Assembly (NCBI RefSeq): GCF_035594765.1
Contig: NW_026943824.1
Location: forward strand, 3,305,666-3,369,665
Source: Anolis carolinensis
Lineage: Eukaryota
Reading direction: 5' to 3'
DNA: 64,000 nt
In this document: one piece after another, positions 35,618 to 48,446 of the stretch
Layout: each line of letters starts with the position of its first letter
Position numbering within the stretch: position 1 is the first letter of the stretch
Notes under the pieces: model-generated
What the model was told of the DNA's origin: nothing
Databases searched by the model: none
What the model saw: only the letters and a program-made list of their open reading frames with translations
Translations under genes and position numbers: made by a program

Positions 35618-38600
35618 ATGTAGACTTCTACATCTGCATACATTCTAACTGTGTTGGGATATATGCCAAATGGTTGAGCAGCTGAGCAAGTGATGCCTCA
35701 CAGAAATACCTTATGACTAAACTAAGCTTTTCCTTTAATTGTGTGTGTAAAACGCATATACAGTATCTTGCTTTTAATATTCTTGTGGTTCTGTATGCGT
35801 GAGGGATTTATATACTCCTAACTCAGCAGAAACACATAGGCATTTTCCGTAATTTCTGTAATATTTTAACAACCTTTCTGTTGCTGATTGGTTATCTAAT
35901 GAAACCATGCCTTGGATGAACCATGCACCAGAAGAACTGAAGCGATAGATAAGATACCATGCTTTAAAAAAAACCTCACAGATTTCAATAGGATCTGGTT
36001 CTCATTTTTTCTTTTGGAAGACACAAATTCATAACAGATGGGAGCGTGTTGCAGAAGAATTGAACTGTGAAAACGAGTCTTAGAGTGTGTAAATAACAAC
36101 TAGAGTTAAAACAAATATATTGTATTGGATTTCCTTCATGTGAGAAATGGTCTTTCGGTTGGAAGATCTGTCTTTGAAATAGGCGTGTGGTGTGAAATCC
36201 TATTTTCCTGGCAGTACCCAAAGGCAGGTGTTTTTGATCCATAGTCTGCTAACTGCTCTCTGTCAGTTTAAGAATAGCAGTAACAACAATGGATGGCTGT
36301 GACTCTGTGAGTTTTCTGGGCTGTATGGTCATGTTCCAGAAGCATTCTCTCCTGACGTTTCATCCACATGTGGGGAAACCATCAGGAGAGAATGCTTCTG
36401 GAACATGGCCACACAGCCCAGAAATCTCACTCAACCCAGGGATTCTGGCTATGAAAGCCTTCGACAACACAGTAATAACAATCTCAGAAATAATAGTACA
36501 GTAGTCTAATTTATCCCAAGACTCGCTTATCCAAGGTTCTGGATTATCCAAGTCATTTTTGTAGTCAATGTTTTCAATATATCACAATATTTTGGTGCTA
36601 AATTTGTAAATACAGTAGAGTCTCACTTATCCAACATAAACGGGCTGGCAGAATGTTGGATAAGCGAATATGTTGGATGATAAGGAGGCATTAAGGAAAA
36701 GCCTATTAAACATCAAATTAGGTTATGATTTTACAAATGAAGCACCAAAACATCATGTTAGACAACAAATTTGGCAGAAAAAGTAGTTCAATACGCAGTA
36801 ATGCTATGTAGTAATTAATGTATTTATGAATTTAGCACCAAAATATCATGATATATTGAAAACCTTGACTACAAAAATGTGTTGGATAATCCAGAACGTT
36901 GGATAAGCGAGTGTTGGATAAGTGAGACTCTACAGTCATTACAACATAACATTACTGCGTATTGAACTACTTTTTCTGTCAAATTTGTTTTATAACGATG
37001 TTTGGGTGCTTATTTTGTAAAATCATAACCTCATTTGATGTTTAATAGGCTTTTCTTTAATCCCTCCTTATTATCCAAGATATTTGCTTATCTAAGGTTC
37101 TGCCCGCCCGTTTAGCTTAGATCAGTGAAACTCTACTGTAATTGTGACCTGTGCATAATCCATACACAGCATAATATTCTGCTGATATGTGGTGTAGAGA
37201 AGCTATATGTTACAACATGCATGATATTAAAAACACGTGATTTTAAGAATAAGGGGAAGTTGTCACTATCCATAGCAGAGTGGGTGTTTTTTCTCTCTTT
37301 CTTGGTAGATTTTAGATTGTGGAACTGATGGAGAAACACCAGAATTGGGAGGCAGATAGGCAATGAAGACTTCTGTTTTTTGACATTTGACTGTCATTAT
37401 ATTCAGTTTTTTTAATGTCGATTGTGGATTTTCCCCATTTTTTTCTTTCTCAATTGCTTGATTACATTGTGATGTTTATTACGGTATCCTTCCTTGAGAA
37501 TGTTACTCCTAAAAGGCTGGTTTGCGGCTGTTTTAATTGAAGGGTATAGATTGTGCTTCCATCCCCATGAGGGAAGTGGATTTAGTCGAGGAGGAAGTTG
37601 AGAGCAGCACTTTGTTAAATTATTCTCCATGTAGTTAAACATGATTAGTGGGGAACTTCTGATGTTGTCTTAATTGAAGTCCTCTTGGCCTAACATTTCT
37701 GGGTTTCACGTTTGATGAAGTGAAACATCTGCTTGACAGAAACAGTTTAAAATCTTCTAGTTACACATAGAGGTAAAATAATAGTTCTTTTCCTTCCACA
37801 GTTGTTGTTATCGGATCCGAAAATGCCGAATCAGGGATTTACTCAAATTCTTCTCATAGTGGAAGCAAGCTATGCAGGAAATACAGGACTCTTGGCTGGC
37901 TTACAGTGTAGAATTGTTGGCATCTGTCCTGATTGAGAAGAGCAGCCAGTTTTTTAGCTCGTAGGTGTGAATATAGATGTTCCTGATGTTATCGGGAGGA
38001 AGGTCACGACGTCTCTTCATTTTGGGCACGTCTCATTAGGAAGAAGTGACTCTCTGGGTGTTTCTGCTTTCACTGCAAGTCCTCAAGGAACAACTTTGTG
38101 TTTCCAGGACTGTGGTTTTTAGCAGCAGCAGCAGCAGCAACATTTTCTCTGGCATTTTATTTTATTTTTTCTTCTCCTCCCCTAGACTTGGCAAAGCCTC
38201 CGATAAGTGACGTAAAAGAACCAGACGATCCTCTGATGCAGGCACCCCCGGGAAATCCGCTACTTCTTTCTCACACCTTGCAAGAGCTCTTGAGCAAGGA
38301 CACGGTGCAGGTAGAGCTGATCCCGGAGAAAAAGGGTCTCTTTGTCAAGCATGTGGAGTATGAGGTTTCAAGCAAGGTAATGCCGCTTGCTGGTAAGCAG
38401 AGGGAATCTCTTTCTTGAACTGCTTTTCCTGGACTGATTTTCTTTAGGACAGTTGCTTGATTGAAAATCTTGAGCATAGCCAGACTGACGGAAGAGATGA
38501 GTCCAGAACATCTCAGATTTATTTTTGCCTTTTTGCCTCATAGGAATGGCAACTGGTCTTGGATGTTTGTATTGTGAGTTCACATAAAATGCCCACTCTG

Positions 38601-41600
38601 AGATAGTCCTAGGAATGGGATGATGCTTGGGTTGCTGTGAGTTTTCTGGGGTGTCTGGCCATGTTCCAGAAGCATTTTCTCCTGATGTTTTGCCCACATC
38701 TATGGCAGGCATCCTCAGAGGTTGTGAGGTCTGTTGGAAACTAGGCAAGTGCGGTTTATACATCTGGAATAATGTCCAGGGTGGTAGAAAGAACTCTTGT
38801 CTGTTGGAGGCAAGTGTGAATGTTGTAATTGGCTGGCTTGATTAGTATTGAATTGCCTTGCAGCTTCAAAGCCTGGTTGTTTCCTGCCTGGGGGAATCCT
38901 TTGATGGGAGGTGTTAACTGGCCCTGATTGTTTCTTGTCTGGAATTCCCTTGTCTTCTGGGTGTTGTTCTTTATTTACTGTCCTGATTTCAGATTTTTTT
39001 TTAATACTGGTAGCCAGATTTTGTTCATTTTCATGGTTTCTTCCTTTCTGTTGAAATTGTCCACATGCTTGTGGATTGTGGCTTCTTTGTGTAATCTGAC
39101 GTGATGGTTGTTACAGTAAATAAAGGACAACACCTCTGAGGATGCCTGCCATAGATGTGGGCGAAACGTCAGAATGCTTCTGGAATATGGCCATACAGCC
39201 CAAAAAACTACAGCACCCCAGTGATTCCAGCCATGAAAGCCTTCGACAACACGGGATGATGTTTGTTCTGCAATCTTCGGATCAAAGTAGACAATAAGAG
39301 AAATTTATATTTCCTCTAAGTAATTCACTTCTCCTCTTCAGAAGGATTTGCATCAACACATTAAACCCGTTTCACATTCCAATGACCAGTAAAAAAATCC
39401 CAAAGCATTCTTAATATGAAATGCATCGTTCAGGAAAATCAAATGCAATGACAAACAGACGTTTTTCACTACTCTAGGGAAAAAAATGCAAATTGCTTAA
39501 TCTAGTTTGACACTTTGAATTTCTCCCTTTGGCTATCAATCAGCTGGAAGTGTTTTGAAAATTTTACTGCAGCCAGTCATGCACCAAGGCGAACAAGTTG
39601 TTCTTCCACTTTGAAAAGTCCTTATGACTGTTCAGGTGCAGACAAATGACTCCAATAAAATTTTTGAAAACATGCATATGCTTGTTCCTGCTCTACCATG
39701 ACTGCTTAGGACTTGCAGCCCTTTCCATTTGTTTTACTGTTTGACTAAGTGAATGGCATTTGTTAAGCAATGATTAACTATCCTGTGTGTCAAATCATTG
39801 TTCTCAGATCTTATATTAATTTGGCCACATACAATGTTCCTTAAGTATGTACACCATTTCCACTATCTATCTCTTCCTCCTTTGTTAAAAGGAACTTACA
39901 AGATCCTGAATTTTTTTTTGGGTGTGTCAGGAGTGAGTTGAGAAACTGCAAGTTGCTTCTGGTGTGAGAGAATTGGCAGTCTGCAAGGACGTTGTCCAGG
40001 GGATGCCCGGATGTTTGATGTTTTACCATCCTGTGGGAGGCTTCTCTCATGTCTCCACATATACTGATGTGATCTAGTAATTTCATGGAGTATTTTGGAC
40101 TGGAATATTAAAAGCACACTTTAGGAAACTAGTAATGAGGTTCATTTATTAATTGAGTAGATCAGCTTAACCACATATAATGGCAGTCAAACTTCACTGT
40201 CAAAATTGTGCTCTTTGGCTGTTCTGCAAAATATACTTGTCAAGGTAGTCAACAAGTTAATATTAACTTTACCAGTACGTACTGGGAAAAGTTAATACAG
40301 TTGTATTAACTCTGGAATGGTTTGAAAAAGGATGATCAGTCACAGTGATGACCAACGGCACACTTCCAGTAAAACATAGCTAACCTTCATTCAAAAAATT
40401 GTAATGGTGATCCTGCAGAAGCACTTAGAACTTTTCTTTCATCTTTGTTGTAGCGTTTCAACTGTTCTGTGTACAGGCGGTACAATGATTTTGTGGTCTT
40501 CCATGAGATGCTTCTCCAAAAGTTCCCGTATCGGATGGTCCCTGCGCTTCCCCCCAAAAGAATGCTTGGAGGCAAGTCTTGGGCTGATGGGATTGGGATG
40601 GAGTAAGTGTGACGAAAGAGAGGTGCATAAAGATGTGGAGATTGTAAACTTGGACCTCAAGACATAGATAGAAAGGAAGGAGGCAGTGTTGGTCACTGAT
40701 TCAATATACAATTGGTAAGGGCGGAAAGCAAGCAGTGCTCAGTTTATGTTTACTTAGAAATAGAGGTGTTCCTCAATCTGTACTGTTGTTTTTTTTTTCC
40801 TACAGCTGACCGAGAGTTCATTGAGACAAGGCGGCGTGCATTAAAACGGTTTGTTAACTTGGTGGCTCGACATCCTCCATTCTCAGAAGATGTGCTTTTG
40901 AAGCTCTTCCTCTCCTTCAGTGGATCGGTGAGTATTCGTGAAATTTGTATTTGGGATTCCAAGTATTATCTTAGATAAGAAGTGGTTAATAGGAACATCA
41001 TTTCAAGAGGGAATTGAACCTCTGTGCTGGGTTAGCTATGCAACCAAATCCAGAAGGGTCCTGATCACATGTCCCTTGATTCGTGCTAAATGTGATTACA
41101 GCTCCTTTTTGTATGACGTATTGTTTTCAGATTGCTCTATTTGTTGGGAATCACCCAGGACTACTCAAGTCTAAATGTAGTCAGATAGATGATAGAGTTA
41201 GATTGAGGGAACCCTTTCCCCGTTTCCAAAGCATGCCTAGATAGGCTTTACTGTGTTCCCCCTCTTTCTATCCTGTTTACGTCATATCCCTTACTTTGAA
41301 GTTAGTATAAATGTGAATCTTCAGGGACACTAACTTCTCATTGGTCAGAATGTTTTATGGCCTCAATAAACTGGACCATGAGGTGGGAACCATTTTGGTT
41401 CTGTCTTCTCCCTTTGTTCTTCTAACTAACAACAGCATCTTACTGTCTCTCCAGGCAAGATGTAACTATTTAGATGTTTGTTATTTTTCCTTTCTTATTT
41501 TTCCTTAGAAACTAGTCTAGAGTAGACTAGACAGCTCCCAAGCCTTTCTATCTACAATGGAGTTCTTTTTACCCGAATAAATGTTTTTTGAACTTTTATT

Positions 41601-42289
41601 GAGCCTCTGCAATTGATTGCCATCCTAAGCTGAAAGCTGTAAGTAACTGCTGCATTTGAAAGTTTTACTTTTGCTACTCTGCTACATTTTGGTGGAATCT
41701 CCCTCAGAGGGGGTTACATTGAGTCTAAATGCTCAGAGATTACCACAACACTATTATCATGTTTTGAGGTGGTAGTGTTCATGTACTGATCAGGAATGAA
41801 AAGGAGGAGGCTCAGTGGCCTATAAAATAAGGTTTGATATGTGGAGGAAATATTAAATACTCAAGAAATGCTTGTATAGATGAGATTCAATTTTGTGTCT
41901 ACCTTCCTGTTCCCAAACCTAGGTAGACTGATGCTTCTGTCTAGTCACAAGCTATGTTTAAGTTTATGATCTTTCTGTTGGGCTCCAGTGACTGATATTC
42001 AAATCTGATATTAACCCTGGATATGAAAATTGATTATGATTGTAGTCCGTATTCAGTGGTCAGATGATTGAAACACATACTAAAGTTTTTAGCCCTGTTT
42101 TTAACCATTTTATGCCGTGCGCTGACTTTTATAACTGTTCATTGATGTTATGTTTTTATTGATATGACATTGTTTTATTGCTGACCTTGTTTTATTGTTT
42201 TATTGCTGTTATTGTATTGTTGTCGGGCATGGCCCCATGTAAGCTGCTCCGAGTCCTTTCGGGGAGATGGGGCAGGATATAAAAATAAA

Positions 42290-42338
<49 letters not shown>

Positions 42339-42398
42339 TATAAAGGCACAGTGCTGCCTGATGTTTGTAGGAACGAAAGAGAGATAGGAATGTTTGGA

Positions 42399-42446
<48 letters not shown>

Positions 42447-45400
42447 TTATTCTTGTACCCCGCCCCATCTCCCCGAAGGGACTCGGGGCGGCTCACATGG
42501 GGTCTTGCCCAACATCACAATATAAAATCAAAACAAAAACACAAATTTACAACAATAAATCAACAATATCGGTAAAACAATCAAAAGGACAATCTTACAA
42601 GATAAAATGTTAAAACAGGTATATCAAACACAAGTCTGGGCCGAAAGGTGAATGTGTCAAATCAGGAGGAGATAGTTACATAATTGACATAGTCAATAAA
42701 GTACTATAAATGACAATAGTGACAATAAAAGGGCAGATGAACTTCCTCTAGGCATCACCAATACTTGAAGTCTTCCAATCCAAACATTGGTCCTAGTGTG
42801 AATTCTCACCAGTGTCCTTTAAAGTTGTGGGAAAGAGTTGATTAAGGATCTTGGAAGAGAGAGTGATCAGCATGTATTTGCTAAGGGCCAGTCTTTGAAA
42901 GAGGAGGGAGTTGGCCCTGAAGATCTCTTTCCCACAAAGTCAGCTTTGTTTTCAGCCTGGATTTGGTGTGAGAGGTCAGTTTCCTCTTTGCCTGCCCCCG
43001 ACTCCAAACAGAAGCAATTAAATGTTGGAAGGCTTGCTGAGGGAAGCAAAAACTCTGGAATGGAATTCTGGTCAGATGTAGCTGCTGATAAATCACCTGA
43101 TTGCTTTTTTTGTCTCCTTTTCTTTTTGTTTTGTTTTTATTAACATCTCTTTTCTCCTGTTTTTCCAGGATGTGCAAAACAAGCTGAGAGAGTTGGTGCA
43201 GGGCGTGGGAGATGAATTCATGATTTGCAAACTAGCAACTCAGGCCAAGGTATCCTCTAAGCTGTGTAACATGGGGAGCCTTCTACCTGTTTGGAAAACA
43301 GAGGCGGCATTGTTTTAACACGACATTTCCAAAGCTGCTTCTGGGATAAGGAGAGCTGCTGGTTGAAATTTCATAGACTTTGATCAATTTCTTAGAAGTT
43401 TCCATCATGTGCAGTACTGTTGATTTCATATATGAGAGCCCTGCGTGAGTTAGGGCCTTTTACCCTAGCACTCAAGACCTGGCTCTTTACTAGAGCTTTT
43501 AATCTATGTTAATTTTAATCAATATTTGTATGTATGTATTTTTATCCTTTACAATTTTATCTTGTAAATCGCCTAGAGCATCTTGGGTGGAGGGCGTTTA
43601 ATAAGTAATTAAATGATTATGATGATGATGATGTAATGAGGGGCATGCTAATTCAACTCATTACAATATATATTGTTCATATCTATATCATCACATTCAA
43701 CAGCACCCCCAGTTTAATGTCCTATGTATACTTTGGATTTCAGTTCCCATCAGCCTAATGGCATAACTTGGGGCAGGTAGAATTAATACTCTCCTTTATC
43801 CTGGGAATCCTGATTAAAAGTGGGCCTTGTTACAGCAGGCCTCCAAAGAAATGTTTGTATTACATATCTCCAATATGTTGTCCAGTTTGAGTCTTAGGTT
43901 GCAATGCTGTGTCCCTACCCATGTTGGTTATGTTCAGGTGTAACCCTAGCAAAAATTATTTATTTATTTATTACAATATTTATATCCCGCCCTTCTCACC
44001 CAACAGGGGACTCAGGGCGGCTTACAATAAAACACATATATAAAAATTGTACAATGCACTATAAAACAGTTAAAAATTAACTTACATCAAAAATGCCATC
44101 AAATTAGTCATACTTGCCATTTACCCCATCCTATGACTTAAAAAATAGATGATCCACATTCTCTTGTGCCCAATACATTAGTGGAAGGAGTCCCAGCGCA
44201 TTTGTTGCACTTGGGATATGTGTACAAGCTCCTGTTGGTTTGAAAACTGTTTTGTGTGGGGAATTGTAAATAGATGTATGATTGACACATTATCCTTTCC
44301 CTCTGAGCTTGCAGACAGCCTGCTTCTTTTGTGATGTGTTCTTTATGCGTTTGGCAGCTGTCTGAAGCTCTTGTTGGATCAGTTGACCTATCTTGTGCTC
44401 TTTTAGGATTTCCTGCCAGCTGACATCCAGGTACAGTTTGCTGCCAGCAGGGAGCTGATCCGAAACATCTACAATAGCTTTTACAAGCTGCGGGACCGAG
44501 CTGAGAGAATAGCCTCCCGAGCTGTAGACAATGCCGCTGACCTCCTTATTTTTGGGAAGGAACTAAGGTAAATGAATTTAAACTGAGAGATGTTTTGCAA
44601 ACCCCAAATAAAAATAAAGAAGGAGGTCTGTAACTAGACTACCTGTTGCTTTACAACAGATCTCAATATAGACTGTGGTTATGAGGGAGGTGGGGGATAA
44701 CCCTTTCCTCCTGTACATTGAGGTTTCCCTTATATGGCGTTTCGGAAGAGCCTGAAAATCTGGCTTTTCACCCAGGTCTTTGGTTAAGATCGCCCATCCT
44801 CATCATAATCATAATTATATTCCTCAACCTTTTTATATTGGTCGCACTTCTCCTGGTTACTTGACATTAGCTCATGGTTTCTCTCATCCCAAATTGACTT
44901 AAAACGAACTTGTAGCACTTTATCTATGTTTTGAATTCACAACTTATAATGTGCAATTTGCTAATCTACTATTACAGTCTCACTGTTTTTAATTCTATGT
45001 TTTTAATAAGTGTTTTTTTTTAAATTTTCTGGTTAATGTGTAAGTACTACAACTGGTGTATGTTATTGTTTATTGATGTATTGTACATTATTATTGTTTT
45101 GTATCTGATATGTCTGTGAGCCGCCCCAAGTCCCCTTTGGGGGAGATGGAGGCGGGATACAAATAAACTTCTTCTTCTTCTTCTTCTTATTATTATTATT
45201 TTATTATGACACAGCAAACAAGATAGATATGCTGGATTTCGTATCACAAAATCACAAGTCGAACACTTCCCAAGTGTCTAGGTCTGTGTGATGTATTTTT
45301 GGATGATGCGTGCAGATCCCAGTAATAATAATAATAATAATAATAATAATTTATTTGTTTGGCCAGTCATATGACCATTTCAAAGTGCAACATAAATAAA

Positions 45401-45854
45401 AAACAAGGCAAAAAGGATGGTAGGACAGGCAGCTGGCCATCTGTTTGCCGACAAAATCTTATTTTCCTGATTCTTCTTTCAGGAAATGTGCTCTTTTCTT
45501 GATAGCTTTCAGGATAAAAAGGCTTACTCTAATTATGGTGGATCTTTCTTGTCCTTGCAAGAGGAGTGTCAGAAGATCATTTTTGTTGGGAGACCTAAAA
45601 TTAGATAGTAATGGATGTAAGTAACTGTGTCTAAGTTCGGCATATGCTGGGCAGTCAATCAAAAAATGTTCGATATCTTCCACTATTTGATCTCCCCAGA
45701 CACAGAATCTCTCATTTCTTGGGATGTTACAGTAGCGACCAGTTTGCATCATAATACCGAGTTGTTCAAACCTGGCCCTGGTGTATATTCTTCTTAAGGG
45801 CAATGGAAACAGATCCCAGTAGGGTGGCCTTTTGCAGTTGGCAGATCGTAATTA

Positions 45855-45919
<65 letters not shown>

Positions 45920-48237
45920 GGCAGATAGCAATTTTGTGGGGATTTTTTTCAATCATGGGAAATGGTGCACAGAAAGAGTTTGTCATCTTTTGCAGAGCCA
46001 TGTGTCAGATTTTGTTTTCCAAATGTAACAAAATAGGCTTTTTGCTATATCCTAATAACTGCTTATTTCCTTCCTCTAGTGCTTTAGGCTCCGACACAAC
46101 TCCACTCCCTTCCTGGGCCGCTTTGAACAGTAGTGCCTGGGGCAACCTCAAGCAGGCACTGAGAGGCCTCTCTGTTGAATTTGCTCTGTTGGCTGACAAA
46201 GCCGTGCAACAGGTGAGCTCTTGCAGTTTTTTCCTTGCCCTTCTAGTAGTATATTCTCCTCTCTCTTCATGGAATATGTATGTTCTGGGTTCATGGTGGC
46301 AGAGGGATGGAGAGAAAGCATGGAGAAAAGGGTGTCTGGGAGGGGTATTATGCCTCTTCTTAGACCTCATACATCCATGAAAGGAGAACCCACCAAACTG
46401 TGCAAGCCTCTCTGAGTTTGCAACACTCGTGACACGTTGGTTCTGGATGTGTGGATATTTATATGAAATCACTAGGCTGTTCTAGTAGTTTGAATCAAAG
46501 CAAACAAGGGTCCTAAATGACATACACTCTTGCTCTGTTTTCAGAGGCCTGCAGTCATCCTGACTCCCTTCCTCCCTCCCTCAATTTGTTATGTGCACTT
46601 TTTGACATCTGTCTAAAACATTTGCAGAACAAGTGGTTGGAAAAATTGCATGGTTGCAAAAATTGCTTACCGTTGGGAACTATGCCTCAGGCAGTGGTTA
46701 TATAAGGCTAACTGGGACCCCATTGGCTCCACAGATCACCTGATTCAACTGTGATGTTAAATTGAAGTACATCTTTCATGCCATACTGCTTCCCGTGTCT
46801 AAGAGCTGTCTCAGTGCCCAAGATTAAGGCACACAGGGCACTGTTTCCAGGTTCCTTGTTTAAGCCACATAGAGAGTTATCCCTTCCCTCCAGCAGCTTC
46901 AGCCATGAAGCCCTTCTTAAGCCCTAAGGACACTATAAGTATCTGAGCCTGCACCCCCGTAAGCTTTAGAAATGGAGACTCATAAATGTCCTTTGTGTGC
47001 ATGTGTGCTTTGCTGCCCAAATTCACACTCTCTCTTTCATTCACTTGTCCTTTGGCTTTCTAGGGTAAACAGGAAGAGAGTGATGTGGTGGAGAAGCTGA
47101 ATCTTTTCCTGGACTTACTCCAGTCCTACAAAGTGAGTCAGTCCTGCTTTCTTTGTGCCAGTGAGTTGAGTAAGCTGCCCAAAAACAGCTGTGTGCATTT
47201 GCAAGAAGGCCATGCATCAGAAACCCAGCCAGAGAATTTGCCATGAGTCTGAATTAGATGTTGGAAATCTGGGACAGTGACAGGTTCTCTGTATCTTGGA
47301 TGCCTCTAGATCAGGGGTCCCCAAACTAAGGCCCGGGGGCCGGATGCGGCCCTCCAAGGTAATTGACCTGGCTCCCGCTCTCAGTTTTAGACTTTGGCTC
47401 ACCCAAAGTCCGAAATGACTTGAAGGCACAACACCAACAATCCTACTTAACTTGACTATCTCATTGGCCAGAAGCAGGTCCACACTTCCCATTGAAATCC
47501 TGATAGGTTTACACAGTATGTTGGTTTAAATTGTTTTTATTTTTAAATATTGTATTGTTCTTTAATTTACTAATACTGTGCAATCCTAATAATATAATAT
47601 ATTGTGTATACATATAATATTGATAATAATATTGTAATGCAATACAATATAATATTTATTTATTTATTACAGTATTTCTACCCCCCCCCCCCTTCTCACC
47701 CAATAGGGGACTCAGGGCAGTTAATAATAATAATACAATATAATAATATTCATTATATATTATATATCAAATGTAATATTACTAATAATATTACAGTATA
47801 GTGGTATAGTACAATATAGTAATATATAATGCTAATATTCTACTATGCTAATAATATAATATATTGTATGTACATACAACTTGTAAGCCGCTCTGAGTCC
47901 CCTTCGGGGTGAGAGAGGGTGGGGCATAAATGTAGCAAATAAATAAATAAATAATTGTTGTTGGGTTTTTTTTTTTGCACTACAAATAAGACATGTGCAG
48001 TGTGCATAGGAATTTGAATATTTTTTTAATGATAATTCGGCCCCTCAACAATCTGAGGGGCCATGAATCGGCCCTCCACTTAAAAAGTTTGAGGAACCCT
48101 GCTCTAGATCAGGGGTCCCCAAACTAAGGCCCGGGGGCCGGATGCGGCCCATCGAAGCTATTTATCCGGCCCCCACGGCACAAGGGCAGAAGCGGGTTGG
48201 ACTAAATGACCCAAGGGGTCTCTTCTTCTCTTACAAC

Positions 48238-48289
<52 letters not shown>

Positions 48290-48395
48290 ATTGAGGCTGG
48301 GTGGCCATCTGTCAGGGGTCCTTTGCTTGTGCTTTTGGTGCACAGAGGCAGAAGGGGGTTGGACTAAATGGCCCAAGGGGTCTCTTCCAACCCTC

Positions 48396-48446
<51 letters not shown>

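Noticed and set aside
42175-42575. Poly-Ile/Leu/Asn/Tyr ORFs (also about 5379-5687, 45832-45920, 48158-48752)
   Set aside because: Translations of (TAA)n microsatellite tails of retroelements
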